From a virus, in IMG/VR virus record IMGVR_UViG_3300046694_000291, positions 20,107-84,106 of that record: a DNA stretch of 64,000 nucleotides; one strand, 5' to 3'. Under the pieces are notes generated by a model. That model saw only the letters and a list, made by a program, of their open reading frames with translations, had not been told where the DNA came from and did not search any database. This document shows positions 49,401 to 58,276 of this stretch, one piece after another (position 1 is the stretch's first letter; each line of letters opens with the position of its first letter). Made by a program: the position numbers and the translations under genes.

Positions 49401-50050
49401 TGATGAAGAAGGGCGGCAGCCTGGTCACCGGCCTGTTCGGGGACATCGGCGGATCCATCGGTCTCGGCGACTCCTCGGTGCGCGGGTCGGCCCAGCAGTA
49501 CGCCCAGCTCTACATGAAGACCCTCGGCTTCGGACCGTCCCAGTGGCCCGCGCTCAAGGCGCTCTGGATGGGTGAGTCCGGCTGGAACCCGCTCGCGCAC
49601 AACGCTTCCTCCGGCGCGCACGGCATCCCCCAGTCGCTCCCGGCGAGCAAGATGGCCTCCGAGGGCAGCGACTACATGACCAACGCCGCCACCCAGATCC
49701 GCTGGGGGCTGAAGTACATCAAGTCCCGGTACGGCTCCCCGGCGAGCGCCTACTCGGCTTGGCTCAACCGGAGCCCGCACTGGTACGACGCCGGAGGCAT
49801 CGCCAGGGGCGTCGGCGCGATCATGAAGAACACCAACAAGCCCGAGCGCGTCCTCTCGCCCCGGCAGACGGTCGCGTTCGAGAGCATGGTCGGGGCGCTT
49901 GCCGGACCCGGCCCGGCGCCCTCGTCCGGAGGTCTGACCATCGACAAGCTCGTGATCGAGAACCACGGGGTCATCGCGTCCAAGGCCGAGGCCGAGGACT
50001 GGCTGGTCGGTGCGCTCGTCTCGCTCAAGCGCAAGAACAGGCTCCCCTGA
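46421..50050 (+). CDS. tape measure protein with C-terminal lytic transglycosylase
   Basis: 1209 aa, Ala/Trp periodic helices; ESGWNP..SSGAHGIPQ..QIRWGLKYIKSRYG. Confidence 0.93.
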   Translation: METGATAVVGRGLVEILPDFKKWGAQLASDMRLARTQLDGSAAGLRRSAATVGKSMAVIGKGTTALGLGVAAVSVKMAADFQSHTAVLQTAAGETAEGLKVVRSGIKNIAVGTGTGIANLTDGMYTIEKAGFRGSEGLKVLKAAAQGAREENAKLSDVTNAMTSVMASYHLKADKSVQVMNAMKTAAGEGKITMEEFSGALSTVLPIASANHIAFEDVAGSMATLTQHGTSAREATHELGATIRALASPNLVASREMTRFGLSSVDVSSKLGERGLSGTVNLLVKTILDKMGPAGVKLQKLFEGTKQSSQDAQIMLKSMTGDQKKLAQEYLKGDMILEDWNSTMKGMPVSAQPALRNFKVLVDRSRGFSRELKNGGPASQTFTDALKKMAGGAIGLNTVLQITGESAEGNAERIKKVGESFHNNSKDVEGWKITAGLLNVQLDRMKAQFQVLAIDIGTKLIPVVSAIVGYFAENRQILLALAIAIGTFITVTSAAFIATKLWAAAMKVAAMVQGIITAATFVWTVATMAQTDSLIAMRLQLGLLAIQEKVVAAWTAITSTAFWGLAAAILANPITWIVVGVAALVAGIYLLATKTKFFQTIWSATWGFVRKVFSAFIGWLKNNWQLVVWTILTGGIGLAVAMIVRHWEGVKHAFSVSIDWIKHNWPLLLAILTGPIGLATYWIVTHWKMISDGAKKAFDATIDWAVGFGKAIGSFFSKLPGQIADFFKALPDAIGHWFATTGVKIFDWFRTLPVKIMNAANSFNTALEKTGQSLIEGMFHGIATFFTKGIPAAAKAVKDGVVSFFKAVFGIHSPSTVMAAIGIDLIKGFFQGIAQQAAGIATWLRSHVYNPVVNFFARVSVWIYTQGRNLFFGFLRGALSVVQGIGSWLRSHVRTPLLNYFGQADTWLKSHGRDIINGLLSGFKQKWADAIDWIKGIKDKVVGTIKKAFGISSPAKSMIPLGVHIIAGLMKGLLGSGPVLRSAVKTIFGNITGLMKKGGSLVTGLFGDIGGSIGLGDSSVRGSAQQYAQLYMKTLGFGPSQWPALKALWMGESGWNPLAHNASSGAHGIPQSLPASKMASEGSDYMTNAATQIRWGLKYIKSRYGSPASAYSAWLNRSPHWYDAGGIARGVGAIMKNTNKPERVLSPRQTVAFESMVGALAGPGPAPSSGGLTIDKLVIENHGVIASKAEAEDWLVGALVSLKRKNRLP

Positions 50051-53000
50051 TGGCCATCGCACGGGTAGCGGTCGGCACCCGGTCCAAAGTCGACACCTCC
50101 GCCACGCCGGGCCCGGTGTCCGTGGCGCTGCCCGCCGGGCACGCCTCGGGGCACACGCTGCTGCTGTTCGTGGTGACGGACGACAACAACAACACCTCGG
50201 CCGACCCGGCCGGGTGGACCCGGCTGTTCTACATCACCAACGGCCTGAGCGTGCAGACCCCGTACACGCCCCGGGTCCGGGTGAAGTGCTACATCCGCCA
50301 GGACAACGGCGCGCTGGGCTCCTCGGTGAGCCTGAGCTTCGACACCACCAGCTCCTGGCCGACGGGCAAGCCGTCGGTCATCGCATTCTGCGTCGCCTAC
50401 TCCGGCTGCGACCCGACCGGCCCCGTGGAGCGCTGGGACTTCAACTCCACGACGAGCACCGCGACCGCACAGGCCCACCCGCAGGAGACGACCGCCTCCG
50501 CCAACGACTGGCTCCTCAGCTTCCGGGCGGTGTCCTCCGACTCCCCCGGCGCCACCTTCACCAACTCGGTGGTCGGCGACACCGAGGTGCAGGACGACAT
50601 CGACGCGATCAACGAACTGGCGTGCGCGCTGTACGACTCGAACGCGGGGCTGTCCGCCGGTCTCCAGACCCAGCGCACCACCACGGCCAGCCGGGCCGCC
50701 ACGTACGGCGGGCTGGCCGTCAGCATCGTCCTCAAGCCTCCCGGCACCACGGCCGTCTTCGCCTCGGCAGGCGCGGCCGAGGCCATCGCCACGGCGTACA
50801 GCCCGTCCGTCACGGCCGTCAACGGCCCCTGGAACTTCTGCACGACCGGCGGCCTCCCGAGCTACGCCTTCGAGATCGACTGGGACGGGAGCGGCACCTT
50901 CGGGGACCCGTCCGACCTCGGGACGACCCTGGCGTCCGACAGCTTCAGCCGGACGGTGTCGAGCGGCTGGGGCTCGGCCGACACCAACCAGCCCTGGACC
51001 ACCAACGGCGGCTCGGCCTCGGACTATTCGGTCGGCTCGGGCGTCGGCGTCCACTCCTGCACCACCCGGGGCTCCTCCCGGTTCACCTACCTGGCCAATG
51101 CCGGAGGCACGGACCAGGACTGCCGAGTCTCCTTCAGCACGAGCCAGGTCGCGGCGGCCGACGACATCATCGCGTTCCTGCTCGCCCGGCTGACCGACCA
51201 GGACAACTGCTACATGGCCCGGGTGACGCTGTCGGCCGCCCAGGTGATGACGCTCGTCATCCGCAAGCGGATCGCCGGGGTGGAGACCCAGCTCGCCTCG
51301 TTCACGCTGCCGGACGTCCATGTGGCGGGCACCTTCTACACCGTGCGGATGCGCGTCTCCGGCACGAACATCTACGCCAAGGCATGGACCACCGCCAACG
51401 CCGAACCGGCCTGGCAGGCGTCCGTCACGGACTCCTCTATCGTCACCGGGTCCGGCGCCGGGGTCCGCACCTTCCTCGGCGCGGCGACGACCAACGTCCT
51501 GCCGGTGGCGTTCTCCTTCGAGAACCTGCTGGTGTCGGTGCCGGAGGACGCGGAGGACGCGGCCCGGAAGATCACATCCGACATCTCGATCAGCTACGGC
51601 CGCGACCAGTCCCGGCAGCTCAACCCGGCCGCCGTCGGCAACGCCTCGTACACCGTCATCAACGTGGACCGGACGTACTCCCCGGACTTCCCGACGTCCC
51701 CGTTGTCCGGCGACCTCGAACCTGCCCGGCAGGCCCGCGCCCAGGTCACCTTCGGCGGCACCACCTACCCCCTCATGTACGGCAAGATCGACGACTACAA
51801 CGTCAAGGCCGACATGACGGACCGGACCGTCGACTTCACCTTCCTCGACGGGATGGACGACCTCCAGAACTTCCAGCTCTCCACCGGGGTCTACAAAGCC
51901 CAGCGGACCGGAGAACTGATCAACACGGTCCTGGACCTGGCCGGGTGGACCGGGCCGAGGGACATCGACCTCGGCGCGACGCTGGTGGCGTACTGGTGGG
52001 TGGAGGGGACCGACGCGCTGAGCGCGATCAACGACCTGGTGAAGTCGGAGGGCCCTCCGTCCATCGCCTACCAGGCGCCGGACGGGACGTTCGTCTTCCG
52101 GGACCGGCACCACCGGCTCCTGCGCTCGCAGTCCATCGGGGTCCAGGCGACCTTCGCCCAGCCGACTCTCATGGACTGCACCGCCGCGCCCCTGCCCGGC
52201 CTCGACTTCACGGCCCCGTTCGTCTACGCCCACGGCGCGAAGGACATCGTCAACTCGGTCAGCTTCGAGGTCTCGGAGCGGATCGAGGACGCCGACCTGA
52301 CGCCCGTCTGGACCCAGGACGACCAGATCTCCCTCAGCAGCGGCGAGTCCACCTCCGTGGAGGTGAGCGCGGGGGACCCGTTCGTCGGCGCGGTGACGCC
52401 GGTGGTGGGGACGGACTTCACCGTCTCCGGCGCCGGGATCGTCAACGTGATCCTCTCCCGCACCTCGGGCGCCTCGGCCACGATCACCCTCCTGGCCGTC
52501 GGCGGCTCGGTCACCATCTCCGGTCTCCAGCTCCGGGCACGGACGATCTCCGTCCGCCGCAACATCAAGGTCAGCCGTCTCGACGCCGACTCCATCACCC
52601 GGCACGGCCAGCGGGCCTACCCCGAGACAGCCCCCTGGGCCAACGCCAACGACGCCGACGCCATCGCCGGGATGATCCTGCTGCACTACGCCCGGCGGCG
52701 GCCGACCGTCCAGCTCCGCATCACTTCCCAGGACCCGTCCCACTTCATCCAGGCGCTCACCCGGACCGTGTCGGACCGCATCCACATCACCTACGGGGAG
52801 ATGGGGATCGACGACGACTTCTTCGTGGAGTCGGTGCAGCACACGATCCGGAGGATGAACCAGGCGGGGAAGCCGCCGGTGCACTCGGTGGTGTTCGGGT
52901 GCGAGAAGGACCTGGTGACCACGTCCAACCCGTTCACCTTCGACAAGCGCGGTGCGGGATTCGACCAGGGCGTCTTCGACCCGATCCAGGCCGACCAGCC

Positions 53001-53067
53001 GGATACCGTGTTCATCTTCGACCACCCCACTCAGGGGATGTTCGACGTCGGACAGTTCGGGACGTGA
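50050..53067 (+). CDS. large minor tail protein
   Basis: Follows the TMP; beta-rich; EIDWDG and hub-like C-terminal half. Confidence 0.8.
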   Translation: MAIARVAVGTRSKVDTSATPGPVSVALPAGHASGHTLLLFVVTDDNNNTSADPAGWTRLFYITNGLSVQTPYTPRVRVKCYIRQDNGALGSSVSLSFDTTSSWPTGKPSVIAFCVAYSGCDPTGPVERWDFNSTTSTATAQAHPQETTASANDWLLSFRAVSSDSPGATFTNSVVGDTEVQDDIDAINELACALYDSNAGLSAGLQTQRTTTASRAATYGGLAVSIVLKPPGTTAVFASAGAAEAIATAYSPSVTAVNGPWNFCTTGGLPSYAFEIDWDGSGTFGDPSDLGTTLASDSFSRTVSSGWGSADTNQPWTTNGGSASDYSVGSGVGVHSCTTRGSSRFTYLANAGGTDQDCRVSFSTSQVAAADDIIAFLLARLTDQDNCYMARVTLSAAQVMTLVIRKRIAGVETQLASFTLPDVHVAGTFYTVRMRVSGTNIYAKAWTTANAEPAWQASVTDSSIVTGSGAGVRTFLGAATTNVLPVAFSFENLLVSVPEDAEDAARKITSDISISYGRDQSRQLNPAAVGNASYTVINVDRTYSPDFPTSPLSGDLEPARQARAQVTFGGTTYPLMYGKIDDYNVKADMTDRTVDFTFLDGMDDLQNFQLSTGVYKAQRTGELINTVLDLAGWTGPRDIDLGATLVAYWWVEGTDALSAINDLVKSEGPPSIAYQAPDGTFVFRDRHHRLLRSQSIGVQATFAQPTLMDCTAAPLPGLDFTAPFVYAHGAKDIVNSVSFEVSERIEDADLTPVWTQDDQISLSSGESTSVEVSAGDPFVGAVTPVVGTDFTVSGAGIVNVILSRTSGASATITLLAVGGSVTISGLQLRARTISVRRNIKVSRLDADSITRHGQRAYPETAPWANANDADAIAGMILLHYARRRPTVQLRITSQDPSHFIQALTRTVSDRIHITYGEMGIDDDFFVESVQHTIRRMNQAGKPPVHSVVFGCEKDLVTTSNPFTFDKRGAGFDQGVFDPIQADQPDTVFIFDHPTQGMFDVGQFGT

Positions 53068-53438
53068 TGACCATGTACGAAGTACCTGACGAGAAGCTGC
53101 CCGGCCCCGCTCGGGCCTGGGTGTACGCAGGGGACTGGGTGGCCGACTGCCCGGTGAACGGGTGCGGCAACGTGGAGTACCTCTACACCCCGGCCGTCCC
53201 CAACGGACCCAAGGTGCTCAAGAAGCCGATCTTCGTCTGCTCCAACTGCGGGCACCAGGCCGTCATCGACTGGCCGGACCATGAGATGGAGATCTTGGCG
53301 ATCCTGTCCAAGCGGCCGATCCCGCAGAACCGGAACTGGTTCCCGCAGGACCACCCCCTGGCCGTCAACTCCCGCGTTCCGCACGGACAGACGATCCGTG
53401 ACCTGATGAACGAAAACGAAGAGCACGGGGTGAGGTAG
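53067..53438 (+). CDS. tail-associated Zn-binding protein
   Basis: WVADCP..CGN..CSNCG..RP.PQNRNW..L..EN..HG. Confidence 0.65.
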   Translation: MTMYEVPDEKLPGPARAWVYAGDWVADCPVNGCGNVEYLYTPAVPNGPKVLKKPIFVCSNCGHQAVIDWPDHEMEILAILSKRPIPQNRNWFPQDHPLAVNSRVPHGQTIRDLMNENEEHGVR

Positions 53439-53440
53439 CC

Positions 53441-53980
53441 ATGGCCTGGTCGGCACCGATGACGGCGGTGGCCGGAGCGACGTTCACCGCCGCCCAGTTC
53501 AACCAGTACGTCAGGGACAACCTGAACCAAACAGCTCCGGCGCTCGCCACGACCGCGAGCCAGTTGTTCGTGTCCACCGGTGCCAACGCCATTGCCACCC
53601 GGCAGCCCACTCAGAACGCGGTCGCCGCGAGCCAGTCGACAGCAAGCCCGACCTACACCGACCTGGCTACGGTCGGACCCTCGGTCACTGTCGACACCGG
53701 AACGATCGCCATGGTCTGGTTCTCCGCCGCCCAGGCGAACGCCACCGGGGACGCACAGAGCAACTCCAGCGTGGCCGTGTCGGGCGCGTCATCGGTCGCC
53801 GCGAACGACGCTTGGCGCCTGATGACGGACGGCATCACGGCGGGCAACTTCGTCCGCTACGGGCAGTTTCACTGCTTCACCGGACTCACCCCGGGGTCCA
53901 ACATCTTCACCATGAAGTACCGGGCCGGGTCGTCGACCTCCACCTTCCAGTCGCGCGAGCTTCTCGTGCTGCCCTTGTAG
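53441..53980 (+). CDS. minor tail protein, paralog 1 of 4
   Basis: MAWSAPMTAVAG..AAQFNQYVRDNL..GLTPGSNIFTMKYR. Confidence 0.75.
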   Translation: MAWSAPMTAVAGATFTAAQFNQYVRDNLNQTAPALATTASQLFVSTGANAIATRQPTQNAVAASQSTASPTYTDLATVGPSVTVDTGTIAMVWFSAAQANATGDAQSNSSVAVSGASSVAANDAWRLMTDGITAGNFVRYGQFHCFTGLTPGSNIFTMKYRAGSSTSTFQSRELLVLPL

Positions 53981-53988
53981 GAGCGGAC

Positions 53989-54273
53989 ATGGCCACGATC
54001 CCGCAGTACACAACGATCATGCGGAACACCGCGTGGGACATCGGCATGCGCCTCGGGGTGGACGTCCAGTACGAGAGCAAGGCCACCCGGGCGGAGCTGG
54101 TGTCGGTCCTCGCCGTGCAGGCCATCCTGATCGATCTCCTGGTGCGGAAGGGCGTGGTGACCGACCAGGAACTTCTCACCGCGATCAACACGGTCCGCGC
54201 CTCGGGCTGGCAGCCGGGCCACCTGTCCGACCGGCCGGAGAACTGGGACACGACCCCGGTCACGGGGGTGTGA
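53989..54273 (+). CDS. hypothetical protein
   Basis: AGGAG RBS; helical. Confidence 0.65.
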   Translation: MATIPQYTTIMRNTAWDIGMRLGVDVQYESKATRAELVSVLAVQAILIDLLVRKGVVTDQELLTAINTVRASGWQPGHLSDRPENWDTTPVTGV

Positions 54274-54274
54274 C

Positions 54275-54808
54275 GTGACATGGAGCGCACCGGCCACGGC
54301 CGTGGCCGGGGGTGTGTTCAGTGCGGCGCTGTTCAACCAGTACATCAGGGACAACCTGCTGGAGACGGCCCCCGCACTGGCCACGCAGGTCAGCAGTTGG
54401 TTCCCGGCCGACGGGGCCAACTCCCTGGCCGAACGGGTGCCCCTCCAGGACAACGACCAGGGCTCCAGCACCACCACCTCCACCTCGTACGGCAACCTCG
54501 CCGACGGCCTGTCCACCACGGTCACCGTCGCGACCGGCAACCGGGCCCTCGTCTCGATCTACGCCAACTTCCTGAACAGCGTCAACGGCAACCGGACCTG
54601 GGTCGGGTACGAGGTCTCCGGCGCGAGCACGATCGCCGCGAGCGACACCAACGCGATCGACCACTCCTTCAACGGGGGCATGCGCTGGGGTGCCTCGTTC
54701 CTCGTCACCGGCCTGACCCAGGGCTCCAACACCTTCACCCTCCGGTACCGCGTCACCGCCGGTACCGGCACCTACTCGGTCCGGCGCATCGCCGTGATCC
54801 CTTTCTGA
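54275..54808 (+). CDS. minor tail protein, paralog 2 of 4
   Basis: MTWSAPATAVAG..FNQYIRDNL..GLTQGSNTFTLRYR. Confidence 0.75.
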   Translation: MTWSAPATAVAGGVFSAALFNQYIRDNLLETAPALATQVSSWFPADGANSLAERVPLQDNDQGSSTTTSTSYGNLADGLSTTVTVATGNRALVSIYANFLNSVNGNRTWVGYEVSGASTIAASDTNAIDHSFNGGMRWGASFLVTGLTQGSNTFTLRYRVTAGTGTYSVRRIAVIPF

Positions 54809-54817
54809 GGAGGCGGC

Positions 54818-55351
54818 ATGGCATGGACCGCGCCCATGACGGCCGTCTCCGGGAACGTCCTGATGGCCGCTCAGTGGAACCAGTTCGTCCGGGACAACCT
54901 GTTCACGACCGCCGTCGCCAACGCCACCGTCGAGGGGAGCTTCTTCGCCGGGAACGGGCTGAACAGCATCGTCCAGCGGACGCCGGACTGGGACTCGACC
55001 ACCGGCGGCAGCACGACCGCCTCCACCACGTATGCCGACCTGGCCGACGCGAACGGCCCCTCGGTCACCGTGGTGACCGGCCCGGTCGCCATGGTCTGGG
55101 TCTACTGCAACCAGTACAACACCGCCGGGAACGCGGCCTGGATGGGGTTCGAGGTGTCCGGCGCGAGCACGGTCGCGGCGACCGACATCTTCGCCGTCCA
55201 GATGCAGGGCACGGACGGGGACCGGGCCGGAGCAGGCTTCCTGCTGGACAACCTGACCGGCGGGACCAACACCTTCACCGCCAAGTACCGGGTCAGCACG
55301 GCGGGAACCGGCTACTTCAGCCAGCGGCGCATCACCGTCTGGCCGTTCTGA
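54818..55351 (+). CDS. minor tail protein, paralog 3 of 4
   Basis: MAWTAPMTAVSG..WNQFVRDNL..LTGGTNTFTAKYR. Confidence 0.75.
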   Translation: MAWTAPMTAVSGNVLMAAQWNQFVRDNLFTTAVANATVEGSFFAGNGLNSIVQRTPDWDSTTGGSTTASTTYADLADANGPSVTVVTGPVAMVWVYCNQYNTAGNAAWMGFEVSGASTVAATDIFAVQMQGTDGDRAGAGFLLDNLTGGTNTFTAKYRVSTAGTGYFSQRRITVWPF

Positions 55352-55361
55352 GGAGGATGGA

Positions 55362-55901
55362 ATGGCCTGGACAGCACCGATGACCGCCGTGGCCGGAGCC
55401 GTGCTCACGGCCGCCCAGTGGAACACCACCATCCGCGACAACCTCTCCGAGACCGAGGCGGGCAAAGCACAGACCATCAGCGGGTACAGCGTGGTGAGCG
55501 GGTACAACCGTCTCGTCGAGAGGGTCTCCGCGCTCGCGGAGGACGGCAGCACCGAGACCACGGCGGAGACCAGCTACACCGACCTGGAGGCGACCCCCGG
55601 GCCCGAGGTCACCGTGCTGACCGGGTCCCGGGCGCTGGTGTCCATCTTCGGCTCGGGCCGCACCTCGGGCGGGACCGCTGCGTGGCTCGCCTTCGCCGTC
55701 TCGGGCGCCAGCTCGATCGAGGCCAGTGACCCCTACGCCGTGCAGCTCCATGTCACCACGCCGGACCAGTGGCGCGCGGGCGCCGTGTTCGGCGTCGGCG
55801 GGCTGACACCCGGCCTCAACACCTTCACCATGAAGTACCGGGTCAGCACGTCCGGCACCGGTACGTTCTCTTCACGCAAGATCGCAGTCATCCCGTGGTG
55901 A
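55362..55901 (+). CDS. minor tail protein, paralog 4 of 4
   Basis: MAWTAPMTAVAG..WNTTIRDNL..GLTPGLNTFTMKYR. Confidence 0.75.
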   Translation: MAWTAPMTAVAGAVLTAAQWNTTIRDNLSETEAGKAQTISGYSVVSGYNRLVERVSALAEDGSTETTAETSYTDLEATPGPEVTVLTGSRALVSIFGSGRTSGGTAAWLAFAVSGASSIEASDPYAVQLHVTTPDQWRAGAVFGVGGLTPGLNTFTMKYRVSTSGTGTFSSRKIAVIPW

Positions 55902-55926
55902 CCGAGATTCAGGAGGTGCTGTTCCC

Positions 55927-56253
55927 ATGGACCTGCCCCTGTGGGTGAACGGGTCGCTGGGACTGAGCGGCATCGTGGTCCTGTTCGTGCTGTCCATCCT
56001 CTTCGGTTACCTCGTGCCGGTGTCCGTGGTGAAGGCACGGATCGAGGACAAGGACAAGGCCATCGACATGTGGAAGTCTGCGTACGAGAGGTCACTCGCC
56101 GCGCACGACGAGAAAGACCGGCAGATCAGGATCCTGTCCGACGCGGCCACGACCACCACGCACGTCATGGAGGCGGTCCGTGAAGCCGCCCAGCAACAGC
56201 AGTCGGGAAGGAGTAATCATGCTGAGCTGGCTCCGGCGCCGGAAGACGGATGA
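55927..56253 (+). CDS. membrane protein (lysis cassette)
   Basis: N-terminal TM + coiled coil. Confidence 0.65.
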   Translation: MDLPLWVNGSLGLSGIVVLFVLSILFGYLVPVSVVKARIEDKDKAIDMWKSAYERSLAAHDEKDRQIRILSDAATTTTHVMEAVREAAQQQQSGRSNHAELAPAPEDG

Positions 56254-56431
56254 CGAACCCTCGCCCGACGTCTGTGAGGCCCGGGACGCCCTGGCATCCT
56301 CGATCGAACTGGTGCGCGCGACACAGTCGGACACGGGTGAGATCATTCGGGTGACGAACCGGCTCAAGGTAGTCTCCGCCGGGAACAACTTCGCTTCAGC
56401 GATCAGACAGGCCATGGGAGGGACGGGATGA
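56219..56431 (+). CDS. hypothetical protein (lysis cassette)
   Basis: GGAG RBS; NNFA..IRQAM tail. Confidence 0.55.
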   Translation: MLSWLRRRKTDDEPSPDVCEARDALASSIELVRATQSDTGEIIRVTNRLKVVSAGNNFASAIRQAMGGTG

Positions 56432-56742
56432 GCGAATTCGAGACGTTGTATCTGATCTTCGGCTCGTACATCATCTCGGCCGGTGCGGTGATGGTCCTCG
56501 TCTACACGCTGACCAACCCGTGGTGGCGGAACCTGCTCGGCCGGATGCTGGTGACGTACGCGGTGGCCGAGATCATCATGTCCACGCTGCTGATGATCAC
56601 CGTGGTGGGCCACATCACCCCGTACTGGTTCCGGGCCGCCTGGTTCGTGCTCCAGACCGTGGTGGGCTCCACCTTCTGGTTCCAGACCTGGGCCATCCTC
56701 AAGCTGCACCGGGAGCGTCCCCGGACCGGGGAGACCCCGTGA
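56428..56742 (+). CDS. putative holin
   Basis: Three TM segments, PWWRNLLGR motif, directly upstream of the endolysin. Confidence 0.65.
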   Translation: MSEFETLYLIFGSYIISAGAVMVLVYTLTNPWWRNLLGRMLVTYAVAEIIMSTLLMITVVGHITPYWFRAAWFVLQTVVGSTFWFQTWAILKLHRERPRTGETP

Positions 56743-58061
56743 GCACGGCCGTGAGCGTGGCTGACGTCCTCTCCCGTTGCCGCGCGACCACCCGGTGGGC
56801 CGTCGGCATGTGCGGGCAGTTCTGTGCCGTCATGTACGGCTACGGAGCCTCGGGCTACGTGGACGCGCTCACCCAGTGGCAGCGGATCCCCTCGGCCCTC
56901 AGGCACCCCGGCGCGACCGACGAGCCGCCCGGCGCGCTGCTGTTCTGGGGAGGGGGCTCGGCCGGACACGGCCACGTCGCGATCGCCGACGGGAACGGCT
57001 CCTGCTGGAGCATCGACATCCTCGGCGCCGGGACGGTCGGCCTGGCGCCGGTCCGCAGTATCAGCCAGCTCTGGGGCCTGCCGTACCTCGGCTGGTCCGA
57101 GCCGTACTTCCAGGGACAGAAATGGAGCCCGGCCATGATCTACGGCCTGGACATCGCCAGCTTCCAGTCGAGCGTCGTACCGAGCCGGACCCCGTCCGAC
57201 AGCAAGCCGGTCGACTTCTGCCTGATCAAGGCGACCCAGGGGACCAACTACATCAACCCGAAGATGGCACAGCAGGCCACCTCGGCCCGCGCACAGGGGA
57301 TGGTGGTGGGCTTCTACCACTTCCTGGAGAAAGGCAACGTCAACGCGCAGGTCGACTACTTCCTCCGGAACGCGGTGTCCGTGGACGGGGACCTGCTCGC
57401 CATCGACTGGGAGACCGACCCGGACACGGACACCTACCCGAGCAACGCCGAGAAGGACGCCGCGATCAAGCGCGTCCAGGCGCTCCGGCCGGGGCACAGG
57501 GTCCTGCTCTACTGCAACACCTCGTTCTGGAAGAACATCGACACGACCAACTTCGCCGGGGACGGCCTGTGGATCGCGACCGCCGGATATGCGGCGGGCT
57601 CCCCGCCGGTGCAGTCCGCATGGGTGATGCACCAGTACTCCACGGCCGGGTCCTACGACCACGACGTGGCACAATTCAGCAGCCGGGCCGCCCTGCGCGC
57701 CTGGGCAGAAGGAGGATCGGACGACGTGGCACTCACTGCCGAGGACAAGACCTGGATCAAGAGCACGGTCGAGAACGTGGTCAAGGATCTCGTGTACGAC
57801 CAGGTGTGGGGCCTGGACCAGATGACGCCCCCGGCCGGGCAGGCGACGGACGCGAACCCGAAGTGGTTCCCGCAGTCCCTCCTGCGGTACGCAGGGGAAC
57901 GCGGTGACGACGTGCTCGCGCAGTCCCGGGCCAACGGGGCGGCCCTGTCGGCGATCGCCCAGACCCTGGCCACGCTCGACCTGTCCCAGCTCCCGGAGGA
58001 GCTGCGCCAGCAGCTCGCCGACCTCAAGCTCGTCGTGACCGTGGAGGACACCCAGCCATGA
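56739..58061 (+). CDS. endolysin: CHAP/peptidase-like N-domain + GH25 muramidase + C-terminal domain
   Basis: GMCGQFC..GHVAI; GLDIASFQ, IKATQG, GFYHF, AIDWE, HQY..DHD. Confidence 0.85.
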   Translation: MSTAVSVADVLSRCRATTRWAVGMCGQFCAVMYGYGASGYVDALTQWQRIPSALRHPGATDEPPGALLFWGGGSAGHGHVAIADGNGSCWSIDILGAGTVGLAPVRSISQLWGLPYLGWSEPYFQGQKWSPAMIYGLDIASFQSSVVPSRTPSDSKPVDFCLIKATQGTNYINPKMAQQATSARAQGMVVGFYHFLEKGNVNAQVDYFLRNAVSVDGDLLAIDWETDPDTDTYPSNAEKDAAIKRVQALRPGHRVLLYCNTSFWKNIDTTNFAGDGLWIATAGYAAGSPPVQSAWVMHQYSTAGSYDHDVAQFSSRAALRAWAEGGSDDVALTAEDKTWIKSTVENVVKDLVYDQVWGLDQMTPPAGQATDANPKWFPQSLLRYAGERGDDVLAQSRANGAALSAIAQTLATLDLSQLPEELRQQLADLKLVVTVEDTQP

Positions 58062-58276
58062 GCGCCATCGGACAGATCCTGGGCGTGGTGGAGGACAAGG
58101 TGAGGGAACTCCTCACCGACTTCGTCCAGAAGAACAAGCAGCAGGACGACAGGCTCGACAAGATCGAGAAGCGCCTCGACGCGCTGGAGGCCCCGGCCTC
58201 GTCGGCGGCCCGCAAGACCACCCAGGCCAAGCCGTCGGCCGCCGCCCCCACCCCGAAGGCGACCGGCTCCAAGTGA
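58058..58276 (+). CDS. small coiled-coil protein
   Basis: Coupled at both ends. Confidence 0.6.
   Translation: MSAIGQILGVVEDKVRELLTDFVQKNKQQDDRLDKIEKRLDALEAPASSAARKTTQAKPSAAAPTPKATGSK

Noticed and set aside
31938-53025. Very long antisense/alternative-frame ORFs (e.g. 34234-37290, 46217-50062, 49750-53025)
   Set aside because: Shadow ORFs expected from high GC3 coding on the opposite strand; only the final 141 codons of 31938-34859 look real
53441-55901. Diversity-generating retroelement or shufflon
   Set aside because: No reverse transcriptase, adenine-specific TR/VR pair or invertase in the window; copies are divergent whole genes
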